Positions 13,030-24,742 are shown, counted from the first letter of the stretch. The stretch: 45,407 bases of DNA from Nemertoderma westbladi (GCA_032718475.1 JAUCBJ010001885.1:1-45407), one strand, 5' to 3'. The notes: generated by a model not told the origin, from the letters alone. Program-made: numbers and translations.

Positions 13030-15192
13030 CTTCAAAAGTGTATCAAAGGACTGTATGTTTTTCGACTCCTTTGCTTGGATGGCTTCAGAGGAACGATTTT
13101 GATTCCACCTTGTAATTCCTTCTAAGAGATATGCTTGGAAGTTAACAAGGTTTGCAGAGTTTCCAGGAATGAATTTCGCAAGGTGGTAATGAAAAGACTC
13201 AAGAGATGTGGTCCCTCGAGCACACCGATATACTGGAAGTTCAATGTCTCCTTTAGTCAGGTGTCCTGTAGGTATGTATAAGGTAACACCAGGAACATCC
13301 TGAAGGCAAGGTAAATGGCGTTTCTGCTCTTGCCATATTTCCAATATGTTGGTACGGAATAGAGGGACTCCTAGAAAATCAGTTGCTTGCATAAGATTAC
13401 CTATAAGATCTTCAATTACCTTCTGAGTTGCTTCAACACCTCGGGTGCGACGTCGACAGTGGCATGCCAGTTCGGGTGATATGATTGCCTGTTGGGCAGC
13501 TTTCTTCCCAGCAACTTCTGAGAGGGAGACAATTCCAGTTTGTTCACTAATCTTAGCACGAAGGAGCAGTTGGTAATCTTCAGCATCCCATTCAAACATG
13601 GCGTTTGTGAGACGAGACATGAACACTCCATAAAGAGGATGGCTTTCTGAGGTGCAACCTTTGGCCATACGCCTCATAAAGTGCCATGAATCGAGACGAA
13701 CAAGGGTGCTAGGCCAACCAGAAAACAGACTGGCTGTCTTCCCAGGCTTTCCATTAACCAATGTGCAACAGTCCCAATCTGTATAGATGACTTCAGGTGG
13801 TGGCTTTCCTGCAGATTTAAACCTCTTGGTTAAACCATCAGCCATTTGCTTGAGGTCGTCTAGCCCTTCTGACTGTGTTAACACACACTGTAATACCTGC
13901 CCAATCTCGTTACCAACATCTGTGGCCCAGCTTGCTGATGCAACTCCTGAACCTTGCAATTTCTTGCATACCTTCTTGGTAGAATCTATTTTCAAGATTC
14001 TACCGTAGGTAGCCATACAAGAGGCAAGGAGTTCAGGGAGACAGTAATATACATCCTTTACGTACATAGATAAAAACCAGGCAGGTGTCGGAAATGGGCG
14101 AAAGAAAGGAGGTGGTGGGTAGGTTATCCCTGAAGTTAATCCACTTGATTTCCTTTGAATCACATCTTGCAGATAGCAGTGCGTATCATGCAGCCATTGG
14201 TCACTATGTGTCTCATGCAAGGTGTTACAAAGTGCTGTTGGGCTGTTACCCATAGTGCGGGACTTCATTATACTTATTATCTTCCTGTCACAAGCATACT
14301 TGTGAGTCAGTAGAACAGGAAACCTTCCTCGGATGCCTTGATTTAGTTGGTCCAACATTCGGCGGTCATTGGCAATGTAGGTAGCCTTACAAAAAGAACA
14401 CTCCATATACTCAACAGCCATGTAATAATAGTTATCAATGTCCAGTACAGTACGAATTATTCGGTATGGCCCCTTAGAAGTTAAGGGTGCACAACAACCC
14501 GACCTCACACAGTGAAACTGTATGTGCCACATTTTGCGAGGGAACCAGCAAAGTAATCGAGTGCGGTTGTAGTGACTATCTCTTAAACTCTGTGCCCCCT
14601 CGCTACCTCTGTGTGAGATCTGGGGTGGGTAGTTCCATAACTTTAAAGATGGGTTGACAGAATGCTGCGTCGTATAAATGGCATTGTATACCCACTCAAA
14701 ATCCCATGGAAGAATTGAATTCTTCCAGCCCTCGGGAATTTTGTCAAGAATTCTCTTGGACTTGGAAGATGACACAGTCTTCCACGGGATTTCAGCAATT
14801 GCACTGCTACTGCTACTACTTTGAGTGTTCCTCTCGACCATATACGTTTGTATCGATACAATGTTCCTGTCATCAGTCGGCGCAGCTGATTATGGCATGC
14901 CAGCGGCACTGAGAGGCATAGGTGCCGCAGTTGGTTGAACCCCAACATTGTCAAGGGGTGCAGATGATACTGTTTGTGAGCCAGCGGTATTGGGAGGTGC
15001 TGGTATTGACATAGGTGCCACAGTTGATTGAACCCCAACATTGTCAAGGGGTGCAGATGATACTGTTTGTGAGCCAGCGGTATTGGGAGGTGCTGGTATT
15101 GACGTAGGTGCCACAGTTGGTTGAACCCCAACATTGTCAAGGGGTGCAGATGATACTGTTTGTGGAGTGGCAAAAATGCTGGGGCGAGACTT
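13030..15192 (-). pseudogene. DUF6729-like DDE transposase: core domain and N-terminal repeat exon
   Basis: 615-aa ORF with a C...C/CxxC zinc finger, KIDSTKK (D), YTDWDCC (D), RLDSWHFMRR (DxxH) and RGTTSLESFH (E). The upstream 14890-15234 ORF is in the same frame behind a TAA at 14890-14892. A candidate GT-AG intron spans 15193-15265. Confidence 0.8.
14918..15164 (-). repeat. 93-bp coding minisatellite (31 aa), about 2.6 copies
   Basis: The unit QTVSSAPLDNVGVQPTVAPTSIPAPPNTAGS is repeated in frame. Confidence 0.95.
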
Positions 15193-15445
15193 CTGCAAAA
15201 CACAAATATAAACAATAATAAAACACAAATACACAAAATGTAAAAATCATATAGGATTTGATTACCTTACAAGCCTTGCAGCAGCTTATTTTCAAAGTGT
15301 TATTTGATTACAAATGCAATATTACAATATTGAAATTATTTGTAAAGTGACATGACGACTTTAGGGCGTTTGTAAACATAATGATAATTATTAAAACGAC
15401 AAGGAGTTTCATCGCCCAATGAACACTTCATTATAATCATATAAA

Positions 15446-15486
15446 CAGTGGATTAATTTCTCCCCTTTGGGGCATCATCAGCACTG
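15446..15486 (-). ncRNA. Minimal type I hammerhead ribozyme motif (PLE type)
   Basis: Minus strand reads CAGTG-CTGATGA-T-GCCCC AAA GGGGA-GAAA-TTAA-TC-CACTG. Stem I is 5 bp, the core boxes are intact, and a palindromic TTAA replaces stem III. The closing pair of stem II is mismatched. Confidence 0.8.
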
Positions 15487-15689
15487 AAAATACTGCACTA
15501 CAGTTAGGCCAAACAGAAAACACTAACAAATACTGAAATAGACTACCAGTCACTCACAAAACGATGTATATGTACAGTACAAATAACAACACTCCGCCTA
15601 CGGTTGTTATGTGGTTAAAAGGACCGTGCAGCCACGGTCCGCAGAGCTAACAACATAAATAAACAACTGAACTCTTAGTCATAGAAACT

Positions 15690-16360
15690 AATCAATCAAT
15701 CTAGCACCGAGACATGGTTAGGCAGGGCCGTGCGTTACTATTTACAGTACAAATGGCATAGAGCAGTATTAACAACAGAGAGCCTTACGTATGCGAGATG
15801 ACAACTACAGTACGAAATACCTGACGTATGCGAAATATCCGCGCACAAACGTGTAGCGTAAAAAGACACAGGCAAATACACTGAAACTAAATCTACAGTA
15901 CTGACGTATGTGAAATGTCCGTGCAAAAACGTGTAGCGTAAACAGATACAGGCAAATGAAACTGAAACCAAATCTACAAACCTAAACAATCAATCCAGCA
16001 CCGCGACATGATTAGGCAGGGCCGTGCGCTACTATCTACAGTACAAAGGCACAGAGCAGAATTTATGGCATTGAGCCTGGCGTATGCGGGGTACAACTAC
16101 AGTACGTAAACCCTGACGTATGCGGAATAATATCCTGAAAATTAATACGGGCCGCGATTATTCGGGGCCGTGCGCTACTATGTACAGTACAAATGGCACT
16201 GAGCAGTATTAATGGCAGAACCCATCCCGCCGGTCTGGCGTGTATCGTAAAAACAAAGAACCAACAGGTAAATTATACTAAAGCTAAATCAAGGCAAATT
16301 CAACTGAAACTAAATCTGTATTTACAGTACAAAAGGGACAGGGCAGTATAAATGGCACAA
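15690..16360. repeat. Complex diverged tandem repeats (period about 295 bp) in the PLE 3' UTR
   Basis: AGCACCG.GACATG.TTAGGCAGGGCCGTGCG...TACAGTACAAA recurs at about 15703 and 15997, with partial copies at about 16165 and 16320. Confidence 0.8.
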
Positions 16361-16396
16361 AACACGCCCAAACACCAAACTATAACCCCGACCGTG

Positions 16397-17030
16397 TCAA
16401 ACCGCCGGGACCATTCTGTTCCATGGGGGCCTAAACTTGAAAATATAGTTCGCCTCGGTGTGGATCCCATCCTCGTCCGACCTGTAGCTCCTAAACTCTG
16501 AGACCCTGAGGCACCCTAACCCGCACTGGGCAAAATGATCCAACAGCACATACTCCCCCATGTTCTCTTGGTCAGGATGCACTTCCATCACGTACCTACC
16601 CATGGCCGATCGGTGACCCGTCATTCTATCCCTAATGGTTTGCTCAGTCTGGCCCAAATAATACCCCCCCCGGGTGGTTGGTGCAGGTCAACAGATAAAG
16701 TACCCCGTGGGACATACACATGAAAAAACCTTTAATCTTCTCACCCCATGGGGTTCGGGTCATGTCGAACATGGTGTCGCAGGTTTTGCACCCCGACCGG
16801 GACCCGCATCTACTGCTTCCCCTCCCCTTAGCCGGCGGCCGCTTCTGAACCAACATATTACCCAAACTCTGCCCCGCGTAAAGATTGCACGCAACTCCCA
16901 TCCCACTCTCTCCCAACACCAGCCGATACCGCCGCATGACTGGCTTGACGACCTCCGCGAACCTACCATCAACCCCAAAGTAGAACTTGTCCTTCTCCGC
17001 CTTGACCCGACCCTCCAGGTTGACACCGGG
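16397..17030 (-). pseudogene. Penelope-like element 3' coding fragment (Cys-rich linker plus GIY-YIG endonuclease), Neptune-like
   Basis: RCGSRSGCKTC linker, GVLYLLTC, then a frameshift to GQTEQTIRDRMTGH, LDHF and EANYIFKFRPPWN. Confidence 0.85.
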
Positions 17031-19498
17031 TGAGTCCCGTAACCGTTTTGGTTGTGGGTTTGTCTGATACAATGTGCTGAACATGCTTCACATACTCATT
17101 ATTACAATCGCCCCTCTCAGTTGCAGTATGTCTTCCTTGTGAGACCCTCAACGGATTACTCACAACAGCACTATCACACATAACCGATCTTGTTATATGT
17201 CGTGTATGTCTCTCATTTTCAAGCTGATCCCTTAGATCTATATTTTCTTGCGCAAGAGACTTTACCCTTAGTTCCATTCCTGATAGTCTACTTTGTATGT
17301 CACCAATAAGTGCATGAATCTCCATGCTAGCAGGTGGTTGGGCAGGAAGGAATTCTCGCTTCAAACGTTACTTACAGGCCGCTGTTAAGGTTCCATTTAC
17401 ACGTGATCTATGAAGCTCGAAAATGTCCTGTGCCAGTTGCGCTTCTGATGATCTGTTGTGGTTCAAGTGAAAGGTAACTGCCTCCGAAGCACTCAGAGTT
17501 GGTTTGATCTCTGAGAAAAGGCAGATGCTTGCATTCACGAGTTAATTATACTTCCTATTACTTAACTTTGACACAGCATCTTTACGGGGCAGTTGAAGAA
17601 TCCTCTGTATACTTTGGCTGATTGGTGAGACCATTAGTTTGGAAGGCGAGATGTGTTTCGATTCGTCCCTTCCTTGACAATTGGGTATCAAAGAACCAAC
17701 CAGTACATCAGTTGACTTCCTAGTATTTGACGTTGGTGGTTCAAATTCGTCGGGGGCATAGTATTTCACATTGTCCAGGCATTTAGAAATCCAATTTCTA
17801 CATCTATCACTGTTGGTGTGAAAATGTGGAACTTCGGAGTTAGTGGCGATTGCGTTAGCAAAGAGGCAGACGTAAACTCCACAGTCGTAAGAGTTCTCCT
17901 GTGTTGGGTACTTGTGACCGCTAGGGGTAGTTGTAACTTTCCATGCATGCTGTCTTTGGGGCCGTCCAAGTATGACGTCTGCACTTTTCCTCAAAATTTT
18001 GACCCCCTCCCTCCCCTAAATCAGATTTCATCAGATAGACGTTGACCCCCCCCCCCCCCCCCCCTAAATCAGATTAAAAAAAAATTTGTAATAAACTATT
18101 ATCAGCAGGATAAAGGTATTATATTGCATTGGAGGGGGGGTGCACGGGGGCTGGCTGTTGTTACATAGCTTATCTATAGGAAGGTATAGAGTTGTAGTAG
18201 GATAGCCTATCGTTTACATACTTCTACCTGATGCGACAGCAGTTTATGAATGATAATAAACAAACAAGCTAATAATAGGCCTAAATGAACCAATCTGCCA
18301 ATACTGCAGTCTTTAACAATCATTAGCTTAGGATTAATGTTTCATTTTCAGGCGAACCCCAGTACCTCAGTACCACAGTAGCACACGTCCTAATCACTGA
18401 AACATGGTGACTGGTAACTGAAACAGTAGGTCGTGCTACGGGCCTTCGGGGGCTTCGAACAATTAAAATAGGCAAGCTATTTACTCTTCTGCTAAATCTC
18501 TTCTGGCGCCTATAAATGAACATGCTGACGTCAGATTTTGGCTGACCCCCTCCCCTCCCCTCATCAGCACGTCATCAGATTTTCCCAACCCCCCTCCCCC
18601 CCCCTAAAGTGCTGACGTCATACTTGGACGGCCCCTTTCCCGGTTTTCATATTTGTCTATTGTCGGCTCACTGGTGGTCAGGTTGTCCATTAGGTTTAAT
18701 AACTCACAGATTTGGAAAGCTCTTTTACCTGGCAGTGATGCGGTTGATGAGATGGTGTATACAAGTCGCATCTTCAGATCAGCCACATGAAGAACAAAAT
18801 GTTCTTTGTTATAACATTCTGGTATCAGTAAAAACTCAGGTCTGGCAGACATGTATTTGCCGAAATATGGAATGGCCATAAGTTGGATGGCGAATAAAGT
18901 AACGTATTTTTCCATTGTTAGTTTCTGACATAAATCATTTTGAACTGATGCCACATGTGGGAATTGCTTTCTAAGTAAGCCAAGAAAACTATCCACTACA
19001 GTGTCGCTCAGCCACTCTTTACATTCTAGGGTTTTCATATCGTTTCGCTCAGGAAGGATGTTTGGTGGCTGATCGTTGTTCAGTTGATTTAGGTATATGG
19101 TAATTTGTTCAAGATCAGCCATTTTGGGTTGTAAGTTTTTGTCAATTTTTTTTGACAAAGTGTATATCTATATCATCCTCATTTTTATGAGCCCCAATTT
19201 TGTCCACATAATGCACATCCGCTTCATCTACCTTAGTTTTATTTTCACTATGTCTCTTAGTGTTATCGCTTTCATTGAAAGTATAAACAATATTTGTTTT
19301 ACTAAAAGTTTCCTTTTTTGTGAAAATTATGTCGTCTGTACATGATGAAACTTTTGGTTTAAAAAAATGAGTTATCAGATTTTTAGGATTAGGCATATAC
19401 TGGGTTCCCCAGTTCTTTATAGCTAGAGTATCTGTTTGTAAACCCGGATGGTCCATGGAAGACATTGGCGAGCACCCACTCGTAGACTGGGGATCCAC
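17030..19498 (-). pseudogene. ORF encoding a Ulp1/SENP (C48) protease followed by a coiled coil, interrupted by a MITE
   Basis: WLSDTVVD, EHFVL (His), QENSYDCGVYVC (Gln/Cys) and the heptad segment IQSRLSGMELRVKSLAQENIDLRDQLENER. It has a frameshift near 19150 and in-frame stops near 17542 and 17370. Confidence 0.8.
17958..18635. mobile_element. MITE with 3-bp TSD (Zator- or PIF/Harbinger-like termini)
   Basis: TIR GGGGCCGTCCAAGTATGACGTC[T/A]GCACTTT, with TTT duplicated at 17955-17957 and 18636-18638. Removing it restores the Ulp1 frame (RE-RQHAWK). Confidence 0.92.
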
Positions 19499-19530
19499 TG
19501 GCGAACCACTCGGAACTGCATATCAAGGAA

Positions 19531-21668
19531 CTACAGTAGGGAAAGGAAAGTGGAAGTGGTTTGGTCATTTAAAGTGGGGCGAAGTTTCCTAATGAACAAA
19601 GTCTCTTTAATGAGAAGTTCGCGCAAGTCACGGGATGTTGCTAAGATGCTGAAATTTTCTTTTAACGTGGGATGATCGGCGGTGGAGGAGTGTTCAAAGA
19701 TAGAAGAATTTTTTGGACGGGAGAATTTTCCGGAGTTGTACAAAAAGCCAGTGTGTTCCTCAACACATTTAGCCAGGTGGCGTATAGTGCGTCCAACATA
19801 AGAAGCACCGCAGCTCCCACAATTATAATGGTACACAACACCCGACCGTATGTGTTCAGGAATCTGATCCTTGTACGGGAAAAGGGAGGATAGCCTACAG
19901 CTGGTTTGGAAGACAACTTTTAAATCTAAGTGAGAAAGACTCTGTCGGAAAAGGCGTAACAGACGTTTCTTTACAAGCGCGCCGTGGTGGCCGGTAAAAG
20001 GAAGGCAGATCAAAACACTCCGTTTGGGTACTGTAGTTATAGGGGGTGATCGTGGTTCACTAATACGATTGAATAATTTTTTAATGGCAGAGTTAATGAA
20101 AGCCAGTGGGTAACCATTACAACGAAGGGTATGAGTGAGTTCTAGTAACAAAGAGCTATGACACGTGTTGTAACTAGATGAAATATTAAAGCAACGAAAA
20201 ATCAACGTAAACACCAATCCAAACTTATACTGTATAGGGATAAAGCTGTTAAAATTAGAATAGAGACCAGTGTAGGTCGGTTTTTTATAAGTGCTAGTCT
20301 GAAACTTTGTATTAAAATTTTGTTTAACCAAAATATCTAGAAATGGCAGGCACGAGTTTACAGACTGCTCACAGGTGAACTTGATATTAGAATGTTGAGA
20401 ATTTAAATAAGACAAGAAATCAATCGACTGAGAGATATTGTTAAACACCAAAAACGTGTCATCCACATACCTTCTGTAAAATATGGGTTTGAAATTGGGG
20501 GGGCATTTATTTAACCAGACAGTTTCATGGTGTGCAAGGAAAGCATTGGCTAATACGGGGCCAAGGGGGCTGCCCATTGCTACACCATCTAGTTGTAAGT
20601 ACATTTTACCATTGAAAATAAATGTACAATCTTTAACAGCTAGCGACAATAAGGTTTTAAACTCAGCACGATTGAGACCGGAGATTCTAGGTTCCACACT
20701 ATTGAGAGGTGTGAAAGAAGACGGATTGGGTTCCGGTATAATAAATAAATTGTTTAACACGATATCAATAGTTTCTACTAGAGGAATGTTAGTAAACAAG
20801 GAGACTACGTCAAAGCTACATAAGTGTACCGCCATTTCAGGAGCAAAGTTTGGAATCTCCTCCACAAAGGCGAAAGAGTCTTTAACAGAGAACTGATTGT
20901 TACATATAGGTTGGATTAGCGGTACGAGGAATTTAGCGAGATTATATGACGGACTATTGGTTGCGGAGAGGATAGGTCGAAGTGGAACACCATCTTTATG
21001 GGCTTTAGCCAGTCCATAAAGAACATCCGGACGACTACCAATTGGTCTAATCTGGTGGTAAGTCTGGTTGTCAATAACTTTGCTATTCTTCAACACACGT
21101 AAGTACCGAGTGATACGTCCTTCTCGAAGTAACAATCGTTTGAGCCAATCACCATCTAAACGGCGAAACTTAGAGGTGTCTTTAAGGATCCCCTCCAGTT
21201 TCTGATTGTAATCCACCCTATTCATTATTTCTACACCATTCCCCTTGTCCATTTTGGCTATGACGATAGATTTGTCACGTCGAAGAGTTTTTAAAGCGAC
21301 CCATTCCTCTCGAGAAAAAAGGTTGGACTTACCCGGCGTGTAGCTATGAGCTGCTGACAAGGCTTTTTCTTTGAGTCTGGCCTTGAATCTCTCTTTGGCG
21401 ATGGAACAACGCTCAAAGGCGACGTCTCTGTACAACCGCTCGAGGGTGGTAAATAGTCTTCCGGTTTAATCTTCTGAGGTGCTATAGGGCAATTCAACCC
21501 TTTAGAGAGGGCAGAAATCTCAATATCATTGAGCTGGCGGGAGGACAGATTGCGCACAATCTTCTTGGAATCGAGGGAAGGAGGAAGTTGTGTTTTGACC
21601 AAATTTGCGAGCTTCTTAATGTGAACATCTCTCCAACTTTCATCCGAGCGTTTAATATGGTTAAACAC
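19531..21668 (-). CDS. PLE reverse transcriptase-GIY-YIG endonuclease polyprotein (one frameshift near 21440)
   Basis: LSKGLN, MDKGNG, GVPLRPI, SFDVVSLFTNIP, GVAMGSPLGP, RYVDD, LPFLDI, GVVY...CGASYVGRT and RPTLN. Confidence 0.93.
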
Positions 21669-21717
21669 TACGCGTTCCAGGACTTCATGATTTGAGAAAT
21701 AAAGATTCTAAAAAACA

Positions 21718-21758
21718 GCTGACGTTTCGATTTATTAAACAATAATCATTTTCAAAGC
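21718..21758 (-). ncRNA. Minimal hammerhead ribozyme motif in the pLTR (U3-A8 variant)
   Basis: Minus strand reads GCT-TTGAAAA-T-GATTATTGTTTAATAAATC-GAAA-CG-TC-AGC. Stem I is GCT/AGC, stem II is GATT/AATC, and ACGT is palindromic. Confidence 0.72.
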
Positions 21759-22469
21759 AAAAACAAATAAATACCTGAAAATTAGTGAAAGACAGTACTA
21801 AATACAAAATACAATAATAAGACTGGTGAAGATTGCAATAACAATACAAAAAAAAACAATTTACCAAATAATGGGTGTGGCTAGATAGCACAAAAAGGTT
21901 GTAATTGAATATGGAAGGCGTGTACAGCAGTACAGTACTACAGAAACAACAGAGCGGATAGTACAAGACAGTCCAGTAAGAAAGTCAGGACCTACCGGTA
22001 CAGGAATAAGCATTACGTGGGGTAGGGGCGGCGGGGGGGGGGGGGGGGGGGGATATATCAAGGAACTACAGTAGGGAAAGGAAAGTCGAAGTGGTTTGGT
22101 CATTTAAAGTGGGGCGAAGTTTCCTAATGAACAAAGTCTCTTTAATGAGAAGTTCGCGCAATTTACGGGATGTTGCTAAGATGCTGAAATTTTCTTTTAA
22201 CATGGGATGATCGGCGGTGGAGGAGTGTTCAAAGATAGAAGAATTTTTTGGACGGGAGAATTTTCCGGAGTTGTACAAAAAGCCAGTGTGTTCCTCAACA
22301 CGTTTAGCCAGGTGGCGTACAGTGCGTCCAACATAAGAAGCATTGCAGCTTCCACAATTATAATGGTACACAACACCCGACCGTATGATTTTTTAGAATC
22401 TTTATTTCTCAAATCATGAAGTTTAAGTTATTTGCGCTGTTTATTGTTGCCTTAATAAGCTTCAGATTC

Positions 22470-23843
22470 CCAGCAACTCAAACTCTATCATGTCCAATAA
22501 TAAAGCGAGTGGATTAGATGAAATCCCAGCGGAGGTATGGAAAACAGGAGTGCTAAACAGACCATTATGGAATGTTTGCAATCGGATGTTAAAAGGGGAA
22601 AAGCCACCACCAATTTTGACTAAAGCTCTTCTCACATAGAGAAACTACTGCATAAGAGCCAAAACGGATTTTGACCAAGTAGATCAACAATAGCTCAGAT
22701 ACTTGCACTACGGAGACTGATTGAAGGAATTAAGTCAAAGAATCTTCCCACAGTCATGACTTTTGTGGACTTTAAGAAGGCATTCGACTTCATCCATAGA
22801 GGCAAAATGCTTGAAATCCTAAGAGATTATGGAATACCAGAAGTAATTGTTGCCGGCATTGGATTGTTATATTGTGACACAGAAGCGCAGGTACTCTCAT
22901 CAGATGGTGAAACTGAGTTTTTCTCAATCCTGGCTGGCATACTGCAAGGTGACACTGTAGCACCATTAGTATTTGTAATTGTGCTGGATTACGCAATGAG
23001 GACAGCCACAAAGGGTGAAGATCTGGGATTCACACTTCAATAACGCAGAAGTAGTAGATATCTGGCAAATACAGTCACAGACACCGACTTTGCGGATGAC
23101 ATCGCGCTGCTCTCTAATACACTAGCAGATGCACAGCTTCTACTAAATAAAGTGGAGAGGGCTGCTAAGGAGTTTGGATTGCATATAAATGCTACCAAGA
23201 CCGAATTCATGACCTTTAATGTTGATGGAAACTTGACAACCATTGATAATAATCAACTAAGGAAGGTCGACGACTTCCAGTACCTTGGATCAGGGATAGA
23301 GAGTAGCAAAAAGGACATATAAGTTAGGAAAGCAAAGGCTTGGGTAGCTCTATCAAAAATGGATACCATCTGGAAATGAGATCTCTCCAGGCACCTGAAG
23401 ACTAAATTCTTTCGAGCCACAGTGGAAAGTGTATTTTCATATGGGGGTGAGACCTGGACACTGACTAAATCACTTGAACAACGAATTTATGGTTGCTACA
23501 CAAGACTACTAAGGGCAGCCCTAAACATCAGCTTGAGACAACACATGACAAACGCCGAGCTTTATGGTACAATACCACCTGTATCAACCACCCTCCTTGA
23601 ACGCAGATTAAGATTCAGTGGGCACTGCTGGCGAAGTAAAGACGAGGTCATACCAGATCTACTTTTCTGGCAACCAACTCATGGAAAGCGTAGTCGTGGA
23701 TGACCGGCTATAACATATATAGATCAACTTGAAAGGGGTACTGAACTTGGGAGAAACGAAATTGCGACAACTATGGAGAATCAGGAAGCCTGGAAGGATC
23801 TCATTTCCACTGTTCTAGTTCGCTTGACCTAGTAGTAGTAGTA
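22470..23843 (+). mobile_element. 5'-truncated RTE-clade LINE with a (TAG)n tail
   Basis: NKASGLDEIPAEVWK, FVDFKKAFD, GILQGD, DFADDI, YLG, RRLRFSGHCWR and HGKRSRG. Multiple stops are present. The TAGTAGTAGTAGTA tail lies at 23830-23843. Confidence 0.9.
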
Positions 23844-24444
23844 TTTGAAATAGCCTGTTTGAAATGTCTGCTTGATGGAAATTGTTATTTTTGATTCAAT
23901 TAGGTATTGAAAATATGGTGGCTGGGAAGAATATGGTGAAAACAATAATGTTGATCGGTACAATCCGTATGTTTGCAGTTTTTGAGTCTTAATATTATTT
24001 AATAGTTATATATATATATATAAGTTTATCAACAGGAAGGTAATAATGTTGTAAATTAATAATAATGATAGACCAAGAACACAGTAAAACACCAATGAAA
24101 TATACAGTCCCAATCCCAATAAACATTAACTTGGTCGTTTTGGCGGCCAAAATCACCAAAAAAATGTAGTGTATTCCTGTGGGCTACTTAGTCGTTTTGG
24201 CGAAGCGATTTAACTCGAATCAGCTAAGTCCAGACATTCAGTCTCCTTGGCCATTCATTTGGTGGATCTGACTAAATGTCGGCTCGCTTTCATTTTTATT
24301 ATTGACAGATTGTTAATTTACCCGGCGCTGAGCCTTGCATTACTTGAGTCCGCCCACTGAGGCATTGATAGAGTACACTACACAGTCTTATAAAAGGAGT
24401 TGAATGGGGCTTCGTTAAAGGAGGAGTCTGTATAATAATCTGAA

Positions 24445-24680
24445 CGTCCCGAAATTAATTTATGGACGTCCAGAAATTAACTTATGGAAGTCCCGAAATT
24501 AATTTATGGACGTCCCGAAATTAATTTATGGACGTCCCGAAATTAATTTATGGACGTCCCGAAATTAATTTATGGACGTCCCGAAATTAATCTATCAACC
24601 AATCAGAATCGTAATGAAATAACTAATTAATGGACGTCCATAAATTAATTTCGGGATGTTAATTTCGGAAATTAATTTCA
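24445..24680. repeat. 22-bp tandem repeat (CGTCCCGAAATTAATTTATGGA), about 6.7 copies plus an inverted copy
   Basis: Units at 24445-24591 and inverted units at 24633-24680. Confidence 0.92.
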
Positions 24681-24742
24681 ATAATATTTTTTTTTATAAT
24701 AAAAATTTTTTTAAATATTTTTTTACAATGTATAATTCGAGG

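Larger units (their letters stand above)
19520..22422 (-). mobile_element. Penelope-like retroelement (Penelope/Poseidon type) with tandem pLTR and inverted 5' tail
   Basis: RT plus GIY-YIG ORF. The 333-bp 3' segment 19520-19852 is repeated at 22055-22387. Segment 21682-21715 is inverted at 22389-22422. Confidence 0.93.

Noticed and set aside
17445-17475. Plus-strand hammerhead (CTGATGA...GAAA)
   Set aside because: No stem I or stem II pairing, and it lies antisense to coding sequence.
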